A stretch of DNA of 64,000 bases, taken from positions 64,001 through 128,000 of the forward strand of contig JBMNQN010000002.1 in assembly GCA_050944155.1 (NCBI GenBank), in the 5' to 3' direction. The notes beneath the pieces were generated by a model. That model saw only the letters and a program-made list of their open reading frames with translations. It did no database searches and had not been told where the DNA came from. Both the position numbers and the translations under genes were made by a program. Shown piece after piece: positions 59,892 to 64,000 of the stretch (position 1 is the first letter of the stretch; the number at the start of each line of letters is the position of its first letter). This DNA comes from Candidatus Methanomethylophilaceae archaeon. GTDB taxonomy: Archaea > Thermoplasmatota > Thermoplasmata > Methanomassiliicoccales > Methanomethylophilaceae.

Positions 59892-60652
59892 TGAAAACGA
59901 TACCGATAGAGGTGGAAAATCTTACCGCCGGATACGACGGAAAACCCGTTATCAGGAATGTTTCCTTTAAGCTTCTGGAAGGGGACTTTCTGGCAATCAT
60001 CGGACCCAACGGCGGAGGAAAAACGACTCTGTTCAGAACGATTCTGGGTCTTATTGAGCCGATGGAAGGTTCGGTCCGCATAATGGGGCTTCCCATATCG
60101 GAAGGCCAGTCGTACGTGGGATACGTGCCTCAGAACGAACGCATCGATCCCGCATTCCCCATACTGACCCGCGACGTGGTTCTGGGAGGTCTCAGAGGAC
60201 GCAAAGGCATGCGCCCGTTCTATACGAAAGAAGAGAAAGAGATGGCGGAAAAGGCCATGGCATACGCCGAAATAGAAGACGCCGCCGACAAAAGAGTAAG
60301 CCGCCTTTCGGGCGGGCAGCTTCAGAGAGTGTTCCTAGCAAGAGCGATAGCGTCCCACCCGAAAATCCTGATGCTCGACGAGCCCACGGCCAGTCTCGAT
60401 CCGTCTATGAAAGACTGTACGTACGACATACTGAGAAAGCTGAACAAAGAAGCGGGCGTTTCCGTTATGGTAATCACCCACGACATGAGCAGCATCTCCC
60501 ACGACGTCAAACGCGTGGCGTGCCTGAACCACAGAATGGTGTACAGCGACAAACCCGAAATCACCCAGGAAATGATCGACATAGGTTTCCACTGCCCTCC
60601 GGAACTCATTCACATAGGCCACACGAACTGCAACTGCGGAGGTCACCGGTGA
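59888..60652 (+). CDS. Metal ABC transporter ATPase (ZnuC-like)
   Basis: GPNGGGKT, YVPQ, LSGGQLQR, LDEP; His/Cys-rich tail. Confidence 0.93.
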   Translation: MMKTIPIEVENLTAGYDGKPVIRNVSFKLLEGDFLAIIGPNGGGKTTLFRTILGLIEPMEGSVRIMGLPISEGQSYVGYVPQNERIDPAFPILTRDVVLGGLRGRKGMRPFYTKEEKEMAEKAMAYAEIEDAADKRVSRLSGGQLQRVFLARAIASHPKILMLDEPTASLDPSMKDCTYDILRKLNKEAGVSVMVITHDMSSISHDVKRVACLNHRMVYSDKPEITQEMIDIGFHCPPELIHIGHTNCNCGGHR

Positions 60653-61530
60653 TGGACTGGAGTCTGATGTTCTCTTCCCATCTGGTACAGAACATGCTTC
60701 TCTGTACCGTGATATGCTGCGTACTCTGCGGTGTTGTCGGTACATACGTAGTTGCGAAGCGAATGGTATTCGTCACCGGCGGAATAGCCCACACAACCTT
60801 CGGCGGAGTGGGAATGGCATATTGGATACAGTCGGTTTTTCTCGTTTCGTGGTTCGCCCCCATGCTGGGCGCGGCTATATTCGCAATAGCTTCCGCGGCC
60901 ATAATGGCGCTGCCGCCCGTGAGGAAAAAGCTCAGGGACGATTCGGTCATAGGGGTGCTCTGGTCGGTGGGAATGGCAATGGGAGTGATATTCATGCACT
61001 TCATAGACCGTACCGTACTTCCGAATCCCGCGTCTTTCGAGGACATTCTTTTCGGAAGTCCGGCGTTCATAACCTATTCGGACATAGCCGTAATAGCGGT
61101 CGTCGCCTCGGTGATATTGGTGATTGTGGCACTTCTTTACAGGGATATGCAGCTGGTTGTTTTCGACGAGGTTCAGGCCAAGATTTCCGGAATAAACGTA
61201 AACGCCATGATATTCCTGCTTTACCTGATGGTGGCGGTTACCTGTGTTCTCGTCACCGAACTTATAGGGATAGTGATGATCATAGCGCTCGTTACGATAC
61301 CTCCGGCGGTTGCAAACATGTTCTGCGACGACATCAAAGAAGTTATGACCGGAGCGGTGTCGATTTCCGTGGGATTTTCTCTGTTGGCTATGATTACCGC
61401 GATAGTCTTCGATCTTCCTCCGGGAGCCACCGTTGCCGTGATCCTGGGAACGGTTTTCATAGTCTCCACCGTAATAGCCAAAGCAGTGCGCAAAACAAAG
61501 AAAGATAAATCGGAAACGGCTCAGATGTAA
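60652..61530 (+). CDS. Metal ABC transporter permease (ZnuB-like)
   Basis: G.IAH..FGG, LFG, FDE..A, P.GA; multiple TMs. Confidence 0.92.
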   Translation: MDWSLMFSSHLVQNMLLCTVICCVLCGVVGTYVVAKRMVFVTGGIAHTTFGGVGMAYWIQSVFLVSWFAPMLGAAIFAIASAAIMALPPVRKKLRDDSVIGVLWSVGMAMGVIFMHFIDRTVLPNPASFEDILFGSPAFITYSDIAVIAVVASVILVIVALLYRDMQLVVFDEVQAKISGINVNAMIFLLYLMVAVTCVLVTELIGIVMIIALVTIPPAVANMFCDDIKEVMTGAVSISVGFSLLAMITAIVFDLPPGATVAVILGTVFIVSTVIAKAVRKTKKDKSETAQM

Positions 61531-62192
61531 TCCATCAGATTTCCGACGCCGTCGATTATGTTTTCGACTCCGTTCTCCTTCCAATCGCCGTAGGAACAGG
61601 ACCCGCTGAGCACTCCTACGAATTCCGCGCCGGAATTCTTTGCGGTGTACCAGTCCGTTAAATTGTCTCCGACGTAAAGGATTTCTTCGGGCTTTACGCC
61701 CATGCCGTCCGCCAGGTGCTTCATCGCCATGGGAGAGGGTTTTTCGTCTTCGAAGGGAAAATCGTCCCTGCATACCACGGCATCGAAACTGTCGTAAACG
61801 TTCCAAAGGCCCAGTACGGCTTCGGCGTATTCCCTTCCGCCTCTGGTCAGAATGCCGACTTTGTATCCTTTGTGCTTAAGTGCCAGCATGGTTTCCACGG
61901 CCAGCGGGAACGGGGAAGAATCTTTGTAATATTCCTTTTCGATTTCGGTTCTCCGGTCGCCTATTTTTCCGAGGATGATGTCGATTTCGTCCCACCGTCC
62001 CGCATCGTACACCCATCCGAAGGGGATGCCCATCTTTTCGGAATCCGTTTCCCTGAGGTCGTTCATGGGAATTCCTTCCTCTTCCATCACCTCGGGAATC
62101 ACCCTGCTCAGCTTCGGATAATCCACGTGGGTGTTCATGAACGTCCCGTCCATATCAAAACCTACAGCTTTTATTCCGGGTCTGAACATCAT
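61521..62192 (-). CDS. HAD-family phosphatase
   Basis: FDMDGT, T, KP.P, VGD...D. Confidence 0.92.
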   Translation of the reverse strand: MMFRPGIKAVGFDMDGTFMNTHVDYPKLSRVIPEVMEEEGIPMNDLRETDSEKMGIPFGWVYDAGRWDEIDIILGKIGDRRTEIEKEYYKDSSPFPLAVETMLALKHKGYKVGILTRGGREYAEAVLGLWNVYDSFDAVVCRDDFPFEDEKPSPMAMKHLADGMGVKPEEILYVGDNLTDWYTAKNSGAEFVGVLSGSCSYGDWKENGVENIIDGVGNLMDYI

Positions 62193-62243
62193 GCGTGTTA
62201 ATATGCCGTTCCGTTAATAATGTTAATGGGAAAATACAAAGGA

Positions 62244-62542
62244 GTCATGTGAGAGTAGTAGTCCCCCTTCTGTTTCAGGCGGCATTCGACTAATGCACCC
62301 TACCCGCCGGTCCGAGGCGGTCATTCCGGCTGTATGGGCTTGCTCCGATGAGGTGTCGCCGTTTCACCAAATCTCCGGGAACGTCACTGTCTGACAGATC
62401 ATTCTTGGCCGGAGCTGTGTCGTTTCTGCGCCCTTGCCGAGGCTCTCGCCCCGCAGTATTTCACTGCTCATCTTGCCTCAGGAGGAGGGAACTTCCTCAG
62501 CCGGACCGAAGTCCTACCGTCGGCCGCCCTCTCTCTCATGAC
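62244..62542 (-). ncRNA. rnpB: RNase P RNA (archaeal type A)
   Basis: Minus strand carries CR-I GAGGAAGTTCCCTCC, CR-II GCAGAAA, CR-III TGAAAC, GGAGCAAG and CR-V ACAGAAGGGGGACTA; terminal P1 GTCATG...CATGAC; P8 and P9 hairpins present; TATATA upstream. Confidence 0.93.
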
Positions 62543-62605
62543 GGTTTCTTCAGCGGTTACCGTGTATATAGCCGTTCGGCTGTTCCGTCGGAACAAAAAT
62601 CGAAT

Positions 62606-62637
62606 AAAAAAAGAGAGCGGCGGTACGGAACCGCCGC
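62606..62637 (-). terminator. Hairpin plus U-tract terminator of the SPFH gene
   Basis: GCGGCGGT/ACCGCCGC 8-bp stem followed on the minus strand by TCTCTTTTTTT. Confidence 0.7.
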
Positions 62638-62641
62638 ATTT

Positions 62642-63724
62642 TCAGTTTTTGTTCTTGTTGACGAGTCCGGTGGACTCTTCCAGCTCCTCGTTCATCATAG
62701 CATCGAGTCTTTCCGCTTCGGCCTGAATTTCTTCCGGTTTGGGAATGGGTCCGAGGATTTCGTCGGTGTCTCCGAACGTTTTCTGGATGTCCTTTGCGCT
62801 GGAAACCGCTCTGTCCGGAACTTTTGCGGCGGATCCGACGTAATCGGATATTCCGTCGACCAGTCTGGTAAGTTCCATGGGGAAGAATATCTTGGAAGAT
62901 TCTCCCTCTCCTACTTTTTTGAGGGTGTCCATGGAAAGAACGGAAAGCGCTTTGGAATCCATGGTCGCCGCTCCCACGGACAGGATGCGGAGCCTCTGCG
63001 CTTCTCCCTGGCCTTCGAGGATGGTGGCGACCCTGCTTCCTTCGGCTTCGAGGACCATCGCCTGTCTGCGGCCTTCGGCCTGAAGTATGCGGGATTTCTT
63101 TTCTCCTTCGGCTTTGAGTATGGCGGCTCTCTTGAGACCGTCGGCCTCGAGGATGGCTGCGCGTCTCTTCCTTTCGGCGGAAGTCTGCTCTTCCATTGAG
63201 TCCTTGACTTTAGCTGCGGGATCGACTTCCCTGATTTCCACGGCTTCGACCTTGACTCCCCATTTGTCGGTGCTCTCGTCCAGAGTGTCTCTCAGCTGAA
63301 GGTTGATTGTTTCCCTGTTGGAGAGAATCTGATCGAGCTCCATTTCACCTATCACGGCTCTCAGAGTCGTCTGTGCCAGACTGACTGTGGCAATCTTGTA
63401 CTGGGTGACTTCGAAGTAGGCTTTCCTGGGGTCCGTGACCTTGATGTATATGATCGCGTCAACGTATACGGGCGAATTGTCCTTGGTTATGACTTCCTGT
63501 CTGGGTATGTCGAGAACCTCGGTACGCAGATCGATTTTTACTACTTCGTTAATCAGAGGGAAAACCACGTTCAGACCCTGGTTGAGGTTTCTCACATATT
63601 TTCCCAGTCTCATGTATATGCCCTGTTCGTAGGGCTGAACTATTTTTACTCCGCTTACCAGCGTCAGGATGATAAGGAATACCACCAGCAGCGCGATGGT
63701 AAGCAGAACACTTCCCATTTCCAT
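62642..63724 (-). CDS. SPFH/band 7 (stomatin-like) protein
   Basis: N-terminal TM, RLGKY, QEVITKDN, QTTLR..IG, WGV, AER.RRA.IL.AEG repeats. Confidence 0.95.
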   Translation of the reverse strand: MEMGSVLLTIALLVVFLIILTLVSGVKIVQPYEQGIYMRLGKYVRNLNQGLNVVFPLINEVVKIDLRTEVLDIPRQEVITKDNSPVYVDAIIYIKVTDPRKAYFEVTQYKIATVSLAQTTLRAVIGEMELDQILSNRETINLQLRDTLDESTDKWGVKVEAVEIREVDPAAKVKDSMEEQTSAERKRRAAILEADGLKRAAILKAEGEKKSRILQAEGRRQAMVLEAEGSRVATILEGQGEAQRLRILSVGAATMDSKALSVLSMDTLKKVGEGESSKIFFPMELTRLVDGISDYVGSAAKVPDRAVSSAKDIQKTFGDTDEILGPIPKPEEIQAEAERLDAMMNEELEESTGLVNKNKN

Positions 63725-63768
63725 GTTTGTACACCTCTGTTTTTACTGAAACGATTCGGAAGGCGGTG

Positions 63769-64000
63769 TCACTCTTCGGGTTCGACGAAGACGTGAACCC
63801 CCTCGCTTTTTACCACTCTGACCTTTGTTCCCGCTTCTATGGGAACATCGGATCTGGCACTCCATGTATCGGATCCGATTTTTACCTTTCCTTTCAGAGT
63901 TCCCGGGACGGTTGTCACGGTCACTATTCCCGTAGATCCGAGAAGGGATTCCGCAACCGTTGTGGTGGGCGGTTCCGGTTTGCCCAGAAGCCTGTAGACG
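63769..64000 (-). CDS. NfeD-family protein, C-terminal part (runs off the window)
   Basis: Hand translation ...SLLGSTGIV...GKVKIGSDTWSARSDVPIEAGTKVRVVKSEGVHVFVE*; canonical partner upstream of SPFH. Confidence 0.88.
   Translation of the reverse strand, partial: VYRLLGKPEPPTTTVAESLLGSTGIVTVTTVPGTLKGKVKIGSDTWSARSDVPIEAGTKVRVVKSEGVHVFVEPEE

Noticed and set aside
62348-63199. 283-aa plus-strand ORF
   Set aside because: Antisense to RNase P RNA and the SPFH gene
1-64000. CRISPR arrays, IS elements, integrases, proviruses
   Set aside because: No spaced direct repeats, transposase or integrase motifs, or terminal repeats were found; no att-like duplication of the tRNA-His end was noticed

Overview
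Core-genome segment of a methyl-reducing methanogenic archaeon, almost certainly order Methanomassiliicoccales. The evidence is an mcrBDGA operon without mcrC, mcrC sitting in a separate atwA-mcrC-mmp3-6-5-15-17-7 operon, an adjacent mtaA, and no TAG stop codons. About 69 densely packed CDSs. They cover the rps13-rps4-rps11-rpoD operon, PolD DP2, a tetraether-lipid module (tes-ferredoxin-GGR, with mevalonate kinase convergent), serS, rpl10e-dph2-mtxX-queDCE, Fe-S biogenesis (SmsCB/SufCB, Mrp, NifX-like, Isf), sepF, rtcB, argF, a RecJ-like nuclease, the MCR and MCR-activation superlocus, a GlcD-like flavoprotein, a ZnuABC-type metal ABC transporter and NfeD-SPFH. RNA genes are tRNA-His(GTG), RNase P RNA and the 3' end of one further tRNA. 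No mobile elements or CRISPR arrays were seen. The best leads for uncharacterised biology are: (i) a wHTH-DUF2111 fusion operon with two small uncharacterised partners, divergent from the MCR-activation operon; (ii) a ~1350-aa protein with a pilin-type signal and lamin-tail domain, sharing a promoter region with the tetraether synthase operon; (iii) a structured leader in front of rps13. All family assignments come from motif recognition by eye; no searches were run.
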